The notes: generated by a model not told the origin, from the letters alone. A DNA stretch of 64,000 nucleotides from Eledone cirrhosa (GCA_964016885.1 OZ024745.1:122760001-122824000), one strand, 5' to 3'; shown: positions 1-11,968, numbered from the stretch's first letter. Program-made: numbers and translations.

Positions 1-141
1 AGTAGAGAAGACATAAAAGTCTTATACACTTTCATAACATATTTACATATAGTGCAAGCTTAACTGGCTTACTAGTAATTAGCCATAGTGTAATTCAGAA
101 TAAAGCCATATAAGGTTACATATACAATATCATCAGTTTAA

Positions 142-367
142 CCCTTTAACATTTAAACTGTCCATATCCAACCAGAATTATCTCATCTCTTTCTGTTCAA
201 ACGAAACCAGCCATAACTGGCCACTCATACTGATATTAAGGTATTGTTCTCAAAATAAATAATATCAAAATCTCATAGATTCGATATTATGTGAGATAAT
301 TATTTGAGGTAAAGCCTTTGCCACTAAAATACAATAGTAAATATAGAGTAATGTAAATGCTAGAGGG
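142..367. mobile_element. piggyBac-type MITE family 1 (~225 bp)
   Basis: TTAA at 138-141 and 368-371; termini CCCTTTAACATTTA / TAAATGCTAGAGGG; same body recurs >10 times in the window. Confidence 0.85.
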
Positions 368-371
368 TTAA

Positions 372-500
372 CATCTATTTTCCATGCTTGCATGGGTTAG
401 ACAAGCTGGATATATCAGATGACTACATCATGCTTATGCAATCTATTTGGGGTTTCATTTTCTATGGCTGGATGCCTTTCCTAATACCAACCACATCACA
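372..500 (-). mobile_element. Decayed SINE 3' half (A3-type body plus RTE-type tail)
   Basis: Reverse complement resembles GTTGGTATTAGGAAAGGCATCCAGCCATAGAAA...AACCCATGCAAGCATGGAAAA seen in intact copies at 33200-33350 and 36880-37020. Confidence 0.6.
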
Positions 501-519
501 ACAATACATTTAGGCATAA

Positions 520-727
520 CTAGCAAAAGAGCCTGTTGTTGCTGGGCACACCTTTCACCACTATAAATAAAGACCCCCCCCCTCCACTCTCTCATCAACA
601 TGGCCGTCTTTAAATAGCCTCAGAACTCTGAGATTTTAGGGGAGAGCAAGATTTAAACTATTTGTTTACATGCTCCGGAGGCTAAATAACCTATGTATAC
701 AGACATTTTCGTTTTTATATATCTAGA
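520..727 (-). mobile_element. Non-autonomous Helitron-like element
   Basis: Minus strand starts A|TCTAGATATATAAAAACGAAAATGTCTG and ends in a decayed GC hairpin (GCCCAGCAACAACAGGC) followed by CTAG|T: 5'-TC, 3'-CTAG, A/T target. Confidence 0.6.
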
Positions 728-1161
728 TAAACATACAAGTAATCTCGCAGTATTTTAAGCTGTGGTCATGTTAGAGCTATCTGAGAACCTGTGCAGACAC
801 TTACTCCAAGATACTGGTTGCAGTCTAATAACTAGAACTGGTAACAAAAAAAAATAATAATCAAAGAAAAATTCATTATTGTATTAGGAAAAAAAAAAAA
901 TTGCTAGTAAATTGTTTGAAAATATATTTAAACCTAAAATTATTCCCATTCTATACCTTACATATTTGAGTAGTATTCTGACACATGTCTTAGAATAGAT
1001 GCTAGATCAATATTTGTATACTGTTAATGATGTATCAAAATAATAATGACATCATGCCAAGACTATTAGCTGATATTTATATAAATAGATGTATCATTTG
1101 AATAACTAATAAGTTCATTTCTTAAATTACGTTTTATATTATTCTCATAGAACACATTTAA

Positions 1162-1409
1162 CTCTTTTGTTACCATATTTCTAATGAAAGTTTCTATCAA
1201 TATTGTTATACTTTGGGAGGGTCAAATAGTTTTGAAAAAAAAAAGAATTTTGAGAAATTTAGTAATATAACTAACTTCCTCACTATTAAGCTGGTATTTA
1301 GATTATAACTACAGAAAAGTAATTGCATAAAACTATGGTGAAAGGTTTAGATAAAATATAAACACTTTAAAATAAAGAATAGGCTTTGTAGCTGGTAAAC
1401 CCTAAAGGG
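1162..1409. mobile_element. piggyBac-type MITE family 2, decayed
   Basis: TTAA|CTCTTTTGTTACCATATTTC start; body similar to 53716-53961. Confidence 0.45.
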
Positions 1410-2068
1410 ACACAACACACATCGCTATAGCGATTTATGTATTTATGTGTAGATGTGTGTGTATGTAACTAAAGTGTAGTGTACACACGAACGAATAAAC
1501 AACTAAATGATTTTAACTTGTTTTTTAACAATTGATGGTGGAAAAAATTTTAAGTTGTCTTAATAATTGTCTTAACTCAGGCCACAACTCCTGGTGTCTG
1601 GCACTTTTACTGGCTACACAGGCTCTTCCTTAAAATAAAAAAACTTTTATCATAGAACCAGGGGCAGTTAAAGCAAATTTTTATCAAATGTTTTACCCAA
1701 TATCTCTTTTAAAGGTATATTTTTTATAACAAATACATAGTTTGTTTCTTAAATTAGGTTTTATATTATTCCCTCGAAACATATTTAAAGCAGTCACAGA
1801 GCGTTATTTCCTGTGGGTAATAAGCTAAAAGCATACATCCAGTACAGGACCAATTAAGACATGAACTGAATAATTATAGAAATAATTAGGAGATGAAATG
1901 ACATTTAATTTCAGATTTTAACTGTTCACTACCTAATAATTTACTAAATACAAATTGCTTAGAATGGAGATTCTTAAATAAAATAATAATAGGTAATTAA
2001 AGAATTTTTATTATTTATATTTTGCTAGCATCAAGTTGCTTTCCTGTTGCTGAGTTACATTTCCTTAA

Positions 2069-2755
2069 CCCCTTAGCATTTACATTACTCTATATTTACT
2101 ATTGTATTTTTGTGGTAAAGGCTTTATCACATAATTATCTCACATAATATTTACATTACTCTCTCTATATATATACTATTGTATTTTTGTGGTAAAGGCT
2201 TCATCTTACATAATTATCTCCCATAATATCTCATAACATTTACATTACTCTATATATATATACTATTGTATTTTTGTGGTAAAGGTTTTACCTCACATAA
2301 TTATCTCACATAATATCTCACATAACATTTACATTATCATCATCATCATCATCATCATTTTACTCTATATATACTATTGTATTTTTGTGGTGAAGGCTTT
2401 ATCACATAATTATCTCACATAATATCTCATAATATTTACATTACTCTATATATATACTATTGTATTTTTGTGGTAAAGGTTTTACCTCACATAATTATCT
2501 CACATAATAACTCACATAACATTTACATCATCATCATCATCATCATCATTTTACTCTATATATACTATTGTATTTTTGTGGTAAAGGCTTTACCATACAT
2601 AATATCTCACATAATATCGAATCTATGAGATTTTCATATCATTTATTTTGAGAACAATACCTTAACATCAGTATGAGTGGCCAGTTACAGCCAGTTTGAA
2701 CAGAAAGAGGTGAGAGAATTCTGGCCAGATACAACCGGTTTAAATGCTAAAGGGG
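2069..2755. mobile_element. MITE family 1 copy with internal tandem amplification
   Basis: TTAA|CCCCTTAGCATTTAC ... TAAATGCTAAAGGGG|TTAA; the first ~75-90 bp of the MITE is repeated ~6 times before the normal remainder. Confidence 0.85.
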
Positions 2756-2942
2756 TTAAGTAAGATAGCAACAGTACATTTTGTGTATTTTATTAACTCA
2801 CTTCAGCAAGGAGACATATATTCTTAATACATAGCTTAACAACATAACTTATAATTCTTGACAGTAGTATAGTTATTTAATAATTGTATCTGTTTTCTCA
2901 TTAAGTACATGGTAATAACAACAACAATCTTAATTATAGGAA

Positions 2943-3128
2943 CGATCAACTTTCGTCAAATCGGACCGAGGAAACAATGTTTCCGATCGGTTGCAACTCC
3001 AGGTAGAAGGAGCAACGTGAAATAAAGTGTTTTGCTGAAGGACATAACGCATCGCCTGGTCCAGGAATCGAACTTAGAACCTCACGATTGAGAGTTCAAT
3101 TCTCTAACCACTCAGCCACACACCTTCA
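2943..3128 (-). mobile_element. tRNA-derived SINE, group A tail 1
   Basis: Minus strand: A box GTGGCTGAGTGG, B box GTTCGATTCC, core-like segment, tail GGTCCGATTTGACGAAAGTTGATCG; homologous to 3964-4178 and 16511-16727. Confidence 0.85.
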
Positions 3129-3204
3129 CGTGTGTAGATTTCAAATACAAAACAAAACAACAAAAAGAAAACGAGTCAATTGTCTCTTCTCAATAGTACC
3201 GAAA

Positions 3205-3957
3205 ATATACATACATACACAAACATATATATATATATATATACACAAACATATATATACATACACAAACATATATATTTATATATATACACAAATATAT
3301 ATATATATATATATATATACACAAACATATATATACATACACAAACATATATATTTATATATATACACAAATATATATATATATATATACACAAACATAT
3401 ATATACATACACAAACATATATATATATACATACACAAACATATATATATATACACAAACATATATATACATACACAAACATATATACACATACACAAAC
3501 ATATATTTATATATATACACAAATATATATATACACAAACATATATATACATACACAAACATATATATATATACACAAGCATATATATATATACGCAAAC
3601 ATATATATACATACACAAACATATATTTATATATATATACACAAACATATATATACATACACAAACATATATATACATACACAAACATATATATATATAT
3701 ACACAAGCATATATATATATATACACAAACATATATATACATACACAAACATATATTTATATATATATACACAAACATATATATACATACACAAACATAT
3801 ATATACATACACAAACATATATATATATATACACAAGCATATATATACATACACAAACATATATATACATACACAAACATATATTTATATATATACACAA
3901 ACATATATACATACACAAACATATATTTATATATATACACAAACATATATATATACA
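3205..3957. repeat. Compound microsatellite/minisatellite ((TA)n-CATACACAAAC units)
   Basis: Directly visible; explains the Y/I/H/T-rich ORFs. Confidence 0.95.
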
Positions 3958-3963
3958 TGGAAG

Positions 3964-4178
3964 GATCGATCGACTTTCGTCAAATCGGACCGAGGAAACA
4001 ATGTTTCCGTCGGTCTTTCCAGTTGCTAGTACTCTCTATCGGTCGCAACTCCGGGTAGAAGGAGCAACGTGAAATAAAGTGTCTTGCCCAAGGACATAAC
4101 GCATCGCCCGGTCCACGAATCGAACTCATAACCTCAAGATTGTGAATCCAATTCTCTAACCACTCAGCCACACGCCTT
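3964..4178 (-). mobile_element. tRNA-derived SINE, group A tail 1
   Basis: A box GTGGCTGAGTGG, B box GAGTTCGATTC, core CCTTGGGCAAGACACTT on minus strand. Confidence 0.9.
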
Positions 4179-4367
4179 ATGTATATATATATATATACAT
4201 AAACATATATATACATACACAAACATATATATACATACACAAACATATATTTATATATATACACAAACATATATATATACACAAACATATATATACATAC
4301 ACAAACATATGTTGACTGAACACTTCCTTGTTCACAAGTGTTTTTTAGGCATTATATCATGTTACAT

Positions 4368-4438
4368 TATTTTATCTGATGAGAACGCAACTATCGTCCC
4401 AGGATGATATTTGTTTTTGAAATGCGCATAATAAAATA
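4368..4438 (+). ncRNA. Type I hammerhead ribozyme motif within a ~250-bp element (4311-4560) embedded in microsatellite
   Basis: TATTTTAT-CTGATGA-[36-nt stem II hairpin]-GAAA-TGCGCA-TA-ATAAAATA; 8-bp stem I; palindromic ATGCGCAT stem III; AUA cleavage triplet. Confidence 0.7.
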
Positions 4439-4560
4439 GATGGGACTTTTTTAACCATCTTTTAATTTCTTCTTATATATACTCCAGTCCAATAAACTGT
4501 TGAGTGCTACTTATCCGATATATGCATAGTTTTATTGTCCTACAATAAAACTCACCTCCT

Positions 4561-4940
4561 ACATACACACACAAACATATATATACATACACAAACATAT
4601 ATTTACATACACAACATAGATACCTACATACACAACATTCATACATACATAGATACATATATATGTATATACATACACACATACATACACAATAAACATA
4701 CATGCATAGATACATCACTAAATACACGCATACATATATACATACATACATATATACATATAGAATAAACATACATCAATCAATACACACATAAATACAT
4801 ACATACATAAATACATACATATATACATATATACATACATACATATATACGTATATACATGCCTACATATATACATATATATATATACACATATTTATAT
4901 ATACATATATATATACATACATACACACATACATACATGA
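4561..4940. repeat. (TACA/TA/CA)n microsatellite
   Basis: Directly visible. Confidence 0.95.
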
Positions 4941-5184
4941 ATAAATAATTCCCATACATTGGATATCCCAGATTAGTTAGCACAAGAAACACCCATGAAA
5001 TTAAATTTAAGAAATAGTCACATGACTCAAGATGTAGTCAATAGCCTATGTTACTTAGGTGGTTTAATTGGCAATGTAGTGAATATAGCAAAAGGTTTTG
5101 TTTTATGATAATGATGATAAAATTATTGTGTACAGCGCTCAGGTGCACTACAACTCATCAAAGGTGCATGTGTAGTACATAGAA

Positions 5185-5333
5185 TAATTGTTTCTACTTT
5201 TGGCACAAGGCCAGCAATTACCCCAATGCATTACTGGTACTTTATTTTATCGACCCCGTAAGGATGAAAGGCACAGTTAACCTCGGCGGGATTTGAACTC
5301 AGACTAGCAAGGGCCGTAACTCTATGCGTCAAA
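5185..5333 (-). mobile_element. tRNA-derived SINE, group B (5'-truncated)
   Basis: B box GAGTTCAAATCCC, central GCCTTTCATCCTTACGGGGTCGATAAAATAAAGTACCAG, tail GTGCCAAAAGTAGAAACAATT; flanked by ATAGAATAAT direct repeat. Confidence 0.9.
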
Positions 5334-5709
5334 GATAGAATAATGCACAAATGTCAGGAAAGTGAACAGTGTATGAGTCATGATATACACACAGATACAT
5401 GTGTGCATGTGTATGGAGGGAGGATATCAGGTGTAGTGTTGGCGAATTTCAGGAAGCATGGAGATGAAGTTCAGTGAGCTATTGTAGGATTTCTGGGATT
5501 CTGTGAAAGGGATTCTGTATGAAGCATGTACAAGATATGTGAGACAGCATAGTAGTGCAACAGATGCTCTGAATTTATAGGTGTTGCTGAAATTAATGGA
5601 GAGAAATGAATGGAGCATGATATGTTAAATGGGTAAATTTGAATTTAAATAGGTAAATTTCAGTGTATGTGAGTTTAACAAATTAGAAAAGATCAACATC
5701 ATCGGTTAC

Positions 5710-6121
5710 TACATATATATACATGCACACATACACAATAAACATACATACATAAATACATACATATATATGTATATACATGCATACATATATACATATA
5801 TACATGCATACATATATATACATATATACATGCATACATATATATATATATATATATACATGCTTACATATATACGTATATACGTGCATGCATACATATA
5901 TATACATGCATACATATATACGTATATACATGCATACATATATATATATATATACACATGCATACATATATATATATACATGGATACATATATATATATA
6001 TATACATGGATACATATATACGTATATACATGCATACATGTATACATATATACATATATGCATGCATACATATATACGTATATACATGCACACACACACA
6101 CACACACATACATACACACAT
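5710..6121. repeat. (TA)n/(TGCATACA)n microsatellite
   Basis: Directly visible. Confidence 0.95.
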
Positions 6122-6253
6122 AAACAAATAATCCCCAGATATTTGATGCTTCAAATTTACAGGTGTTGGTGAAAGCTAGAGAGAAATGAATGGAGTATGA
6201 TATGTTAAGTGGGTAAATTTGACCTGTATGTGAGTTTAACCTGGCCATACGTG

Positions 6254-6342
6254 GCATTTAAACTGGCTATATCCAGCCAGGATTCTCTCATCTCTTTCTG
6301 TTCAAACCGGTCGTAATTGGCCACTCATACTGATGTTAAGAT
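6254..6342. mobile_element. MITE family 1 fragment
   Basis: Matches the left ~90 bp of 142-367. Confidence 0.75.
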
Positions 6343-6471
6343 AGCAATCCCTAATGAACAGTGCTTAGGGTAAGTGTAAATTCCCTCTGGTTCTAAGGTA
6401 CTAAACTGTATTTTTAAGGTGCATATATTTACCACAATTTTATGAAGCACCTTTAAGCTTGGGTCATAAAC

Positions 6472-6780
6472 CATCCATCCATCCATCCATATCCAGTTTT
6501 GGTCTTTAGGGTGCTGCGGTTGTCTTGGACTCCGAGGAAGGCAACACCAGGTAATGTCTCACAGCTGCTCTCCATGAATTTCTGTCCATGGTATCAACAT
6601 CAGCCAAGTTTGATTTATACAAATCACTCTTCACGCACTCCAACCACATCTTCCTTGGTCTGCCATGATCTTTAGTGCCAGGGATTGCCAAGTGAGTGAT
6701 GGAGAAGATGCATGACGTGGCTCACTGTAATGTCCGTAGCAATGGAGACGTTGTGTGTGAAGGATCTCATCCACACTCAT
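6472..6780 (-). mobile_element. RTE-clade LINE 3' fragment
   Basis: Translation GRPRKMWLECVKSDL...DRNSWRAAV matches the RTE C-terminal GRPRK.W...V..D...DR..WR pattern; (GGAT)n tail. Confidence 0.8.
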
Positions 6781-7642
6781 AAACCAACTTAATAATGAAA
6801 AACTTAGTTATATGAACAAATCCTAAAATTCCTTGATTATTTTCAACATGGTTTGAAAATAATAGATAGTGTCTTTCATTAGTAATATGATAATGATAGG
6901 GTTAAGGAGAAGTTAAGAGTGGGATAAGTTTGCATAAGAGTTTGTGAGATTCTAAAAAACAGCAAGGAAATCATTAATGTCTAGAGAGACATAATTGTAT
7001 CTTAGTGTACATCAAAGTTCATAAAATGGGAGGAAAAGAAACACTGTGGCAAGAGAATTTCATAAAATTAATAGATAACCTTTAGACAAAGAGTTATCTA
7101 ACAGAAAGTTTCTGCTGGTGCAAGGGATAAGAGATAAATGAAGTAAGTGTATTAGTGGTAAACTCAACTAGAGGATTCATATGGAAGATAGGCTAAAGCT
7201 TTGCTGATATATACCATGAGCAACAATATTGTTTAGTAAGAATTTCTACTGTTGTGTAATTTAGAAGAATTAGAATTAGTGGTCACTAAAACGACACTGA
7301 GGAAAGTGATTGCTGAGGTTCTATCCCACAGAGGATTGAAAATGGCTACGTAAAATATTAATAACTTCTCTTACTACCTTTTAAGACTTATCCCCTCATA
7401 TTAACCGGAAGCCTCATATTGCTAAAAGCACATCAAAACAACTTGGTTTTCTCTTCCAAGAAAATCAATATTTCAGTTCTGAGCTGTAAAATATTCAGAT
7501 ATGCTTCTTATTTGATGTGAGATGTTGCAATATGAGTTATAGATCATTTACTTTGATTATTAGCCAACGAAGAAGCTTCTACATGGCTGCTTATCATGCT
7601 AGATATAGTAACTAAATCTTTTTTATATTAAACCCTACTTAA

Positions 7643-7879
7643 TCTTTTTGATACAAAACTGCACTTGGTTCTATGATACAAAACTTTGTTTTAAAGTGTT
7701 TAAATTCATTAAAAAACCTTTCATTATAATTCTATGTAAGAACCGTTAAGTTATGCTCCAAACATCAGCTTTACAACTTAAAAGTTATATTACAAAATCT
7801 TTCCAGATTCTTGATTATTTAAAAAATTATTTGAACATCATGGACAATGCCTTTCCTTAAAGATATTGTAACGAAAGGG
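7643..7879. mobile_element. piggyBac-type MITE family 2
   Basis: TTAA flanks; ends GTAACGAAAGGG|TTAA; internal GGTTCTATGATACAAAAC shared with 8754, 12903 and 53716 copies. Confidence 0.65.
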
Positions 7880-8293
7880 TTAAGGGATTTTCAAACTTCT
7901 TCAACCCACATCACATTGAATAAGGAACTAGAAGGGTTATAACACATCACATGCCTTTTAAAGGTTTTATTTTAAAAAAAGGGCGGCACATACAATTTTC
8001 TTTTCTGCAAAGAAAAGCACTTGCACTGGGTGGTACATTAAAAAGATTTAAAGTTTTCGAAATATCGTAGCAGTTTCTGGTTTGTTTTAGACACTTGCAA
8101 CACATGAGTGTATTATTACAAATTAGTTGAAAATATCTGCCTTACCATCATAAAAATAGACAAATACTTTGAATAACATAGTCTTCAATATATATATATG
8201 TACAAAAAAATGACAGAATAGTCATGGCTGAAACATTTTTCATCACACATTTGCTGGATAAAGGCTTATCTAAAGGCAAACAACAATAACTAG

Positions 8294-8457
8294 CAGACCT
8301 GTCAACTCTCCCCGTTGGATGGGGAGATCTCCCTCCCACTTTGGGGTGGTTAGAGATGTCTTCTCTTATGAATAGCTTTCTGCCTCATTTCTCCCCATTT
8401 TTGGGCACTGTTTTTTATGGTACTCCCCGTTTGGGATTTTCGAGGTTGGCAGGTCTG
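8294..8457. mobile_element. MITE with CAGACCTG(T/C)CAAC TIRs and 6-bp TSD (hAT-like)
   Basis: TIRs CAGACCTGTCAAC / GTTGGCAGGTCTG; AACTAG at 8288-8293 and 8458-8463. Confidence 0.8.
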
Positions 8458-8753
8458 AACTAGTGCAATAAAAAGCATGTAGATCATCCATTCTTTCTTA
8501 TGTTATTCTTTCTTTGCATTTTCTATAGCTACTATAATGAGCTTTCTTTTCAGAACATATCTTAAATTTCACCTCATTTGAAACTGATATATGCTACAGA
8601 TTTCCATGCTTCTTTGCACCCATATTGTGTTCCTCTTTTTAAACCATGGATCAAATATTACATGATGGCTTTAATCCTAAGAATGTTGCCTGTTCATGTT
8701 TTTCTACCGTAGACTAATTTTTAATATTTCAATATGTAAAAACTTTATATTAA

Positions 8754-8970
8754 CCCTTTTGATGCCAACCTGTTTGAGACTTCTTGGTTATATGATACAA
8801 AACTGTTCATTTTAAAGTATTTTATTCGAATTTAAACCTATCCTCATAATTTAACATAAAACAGTTCAATAATGGAGAAAATAGTTATTTTATTTAACAG
8901 TTCTAAATTCCTGAAGATATAAAAAATTTAATTTAAACACACAGACAATGTATTTTATTAGACATATGGC
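8754..8970. mobile_element. MITE family 2, right end lost
   Basis: TTAA|CCCTTTTGATGCCAACC start; body as 7643-7879. Confidence 0.6.
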
Positions 8971-9476
8971 CAGGAAAAACATTGAGAGGGGCCTTTTTAT
9001 ATTACAAATAACATTTCTATTTTAATCAATTGTTTTTTGCTTCTCTTTGCATCAATATATTTCATCATTATTTTTTTCTTATTTTGCTTTTCAACTCAAA
9101 CTTAACATTTTTATACATTTGCTGTACTAATCTTTAATTCTCATATAACCGTTAAAGGCAAATTCATTAAAACCAAGAAATTTAACTATATACTAAGCAA
9201 ATGGATCTTATAACACAGCAGTTTCAATTTACAGTTATAACGCCCCTTAAACAAAACTTAAAGAAAAAACTTTTCAAACAAGGTTCTTTTCACTTCTATT
9301 TGTAATTATCTCTAGTTACCATCATCATTTTATATCTGTTATCATGGTTTGAAGCTGAACAGTTTTGAAGAACCTTGTCTTGCTCAAAGGTTTTATTTTG
9401 GGGATGGATTCTATAGCTTGATGCTCTTCATAATGCCAACCAATTTACAGAGTATATTGGATGCTTTTTATCGTGA

Positions 9477-9844
9477 CACCAGCACTACCAACTTACAGCA
9501 TGGATCAGGTATGGATCAGGTGCATCTTATTGTGACACCAGCACTACCAACTTACAGCATGGATCAGGTATGGATCAGGTGCATCTTATTGTGACACCAG
9601 CACTACCAACTTACAGCATGGATCAGGTGCATTTTATTGTGGCACCAGCACTACCAACTTACAGCATGGATCAGGTGCATTTTATTGTGGCACCAGCACT
9701 ACCAACTTACAGCATGGATCAGGTGCATTTTATTGTGGCACCAGCACTACCAACTTACAGCATGGATCAGGTGCATTTTATTGTGGCACCAGCACTACCA
9801 ACTTACAGCATGGATCAGGTGCATTTTATTGTGGCACCAGCACT
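9477..9844. repeat. 48-bp minisatellite (2 x 59-bp variant + 5 x 48 bp + partial)
   Basis: Unit CACCAGCACTACCAACTTACAGCATGGATCAGGTGCATTTTATTGTGG; 16-aa periodicity in ORF track. Confidence 0.95.
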
Positions 9845-10056
9845 AAAGCAATCTTCTCAACCCTACATGGTCTCAGCAGTCATTAATATTGAAATTATAT
9901 CTTTTTTCTGTTAAATCTATTCTGTTAAACTAGTTATGTAATTCGTATTTAATATCATAAAGTATGGTATCAGGGCTGAATAAAGAGCAATGGATGTTCT
10001 AAATACAGACAAACAATAGTTGCTCTCTTGACCATTTCATTATGTAAATGAAATAC

Positions 10057-10281
10057 ATTCTTCTTCTTGCCCTGTTCACAAGAGCGCCAGTTATAAAATT
10101 TGGCTAGATATGGTACTGCCACAGCTGAACACATTGCTGTCCTTTCTCATTAAACTCTGCCAAGTCCAATGCTGTGCAGGGGTGTTCCAGGAGGGGGCAT
10201 ATCAGGAGCTGCTATGTAGTCTGTGACTCGATGCCACAGTCACACACATCCTCATCCTTTAAATATCCCCATTTTGCAAGA
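10057..10281 (-). mobile_element. Ingi/Vingi-like LINE 3' end
   Basis: Reverse-complement homologue of 20399-20611; ends in an AAGAAGAAG tail. Confidence 0.7.
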
Positions 10282-10300
10282 TAATGAAATACATTAAAAC

Positions 10301-10413
10301 ATAATTGTTTCTACTTTAGGCACAAGGCCAGCAATTACCCAGTGCATTACTGGTACTTTATTTTATCGACCCCGTAAAGATGAAAGGCAAAGTCAACCTC
10401 GGCGGGATTTGAA
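10301..10413 (-). mobile_element. SINE group B, 5'-truncated
   Basis: B box to tail, matches other copies. Confidence 0.85.
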
Positions 10414-10861
10414 CATAATGAAGGCTAAATGCGAAATAGTAGATTAAAGATTTAGTCTTCTTCCAAGTTATCTCTCAGCAGACCCCACAACTATACTAAC
10501 CCAATCCAAAATTAATTCTGGGTTTTTGAAACCAAAGGTTCATATTTAGATTAAAATTTTCTTATAATTTAATTTAAGAACCTTTTGTCAAGTTGTGTTA
10601 CAAATGCAGGGTACCTCATTAGAAATATGGTTGTGAAATAAAATGTATTTTATTACTTTTATTTATTTAACACTACATAGCAGTAAGCAATATAAACAAA
10701 TTCTTTACTTATAATGAGAGCAATAGGAAAAAATGCAGAGTTTCAACACCTTTATATTCATAAAAAAAACTGCTTCAACAGGAAAATATCAATACAAAAA
10801 TTTATAAGAAATTATACTTTCTACAGAAATGAGTGTTGATGTCTAATAAAGAATAGTCATT

Positions 10862-11468
10862 AGTGAATTGGCAGTATCGGTAGAGGGTTGGACGCCATGC
10901 CTTCTAGCATAGTTACGTCCCTTTACGGTTTGAGTTCAAATTCCGCCGAGGTTAACTTTGCCTTTCATCCTTAAGGGGTCGATAAAATAAAGTACCAATA
11001 ATACACTGGGTTATTGCTGGCCTTGTGCCAAAAGTAGAAACAATTATTACCAGTGGATTGGCAGTATCAGTAGAGGCTTGGACGTCATGCTTTACAGCAT
11101 AGAGTTACACCCCTTTACGGTCTAAGTTCAAATCCTGCTGAGGTTAGCTTTGCTTTTCATCCCTACGGGGTCGATAAAATAAAGCACCAGTAAAACGTAC
11201 TGGGTCCATTTAATCGGCCCCCTTCCAAAAAAAAAAAAAATTACTGGCTTTGTGCCTATATTAGAAATAATTATTACTGGCAGACTGGCAGTATCAGTAG
11301 AGGGTTGGATGCCATGCTTTGAAGCATAGAGCTACACACCTTTACAGCTGGAGTTCAAATCCCACTGAGCTTAACTTTGCTTTTCATGCTCACGGGTTCG
11401 ATAAAATAAAGCAGCAATAATACACTGGGATAATTGCTGGCCTTGTGCCAAAAGTAGAAACAATTATT
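10862..11468 (+). mobile_element. Three SINE group B copies head-to-tail (10862-11048, 11052-11275, 11278-11468)
   Basis: Each has a TGGCAGTATC(G/A)GTAGAG head, a GTTCAAAT B box and an ...AGAAA(C/T)AATTATTA tail; the middle copy is the longer subtype. Confidence 0.9.
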
Positions 11469-11499
11469 ACCAAAGATAATAGAACATGTTAACAGACTA

Positions 11500-11654
11500 C
11501 CATATTTCACAAAGACGCTTCATCCTCGAGGACACACCTTGATTTTGTCAACCAAAAATTTGGAAAAAAATAATAAACAACCTCCAAGACGCATGATAGA
11601 TTTTTTAGACTTATTTTAGGAAAAAAGTAGCGTCTTTGATGCCAGGAAATACGG
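11500..11654. mobile_element. Tc1/mariner-superfamily MITE (TA TSD)
   Basis: TA|CCATATTTC ... GAAATACGG|TA; second copy at 25383-25550. Confidence 0.75.
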
Positions 11655-11968
11655 TAATTTCTTTGTTCAAAACGCTAACCAAAACACAATAGATGAACAA
11701 AATGCATACATATAAAAATGGCAATAATCTATATATATTTCCAATTGTTTATGGTATTAATCATAACTGTTTTGCCTAATCAATGTAAACTTCAGATGAC
11801 AGTATTCTATACTTTACAACACTGGATAGCTACAAGATACAGACCATCACATATTTCTACTGACAGTAACTACTAAATATCTGTCACTGACTTATGGCAG
11901 AGTGAGCTATTGAAGTCAATCTGGACAGAAGTTGCCAGCTTCTAGTTTTATTGTATTCTCATATTTAA

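Noticed and set aside
3088-4058. Long ORFs of 260-313 aa
   Set aside because: Translations of stop-free TA/CA microsatellite (Y/I/H/T or Y/I/V/C/M only) in several frames on both strands; not genes.
9477-9844. CRISPR-like array or repeat protein
   Set aside because: Units are contiguous with no unique spacers, the context is eukaryotic, and the ORF is only due to the unit length being a multiple of 3.
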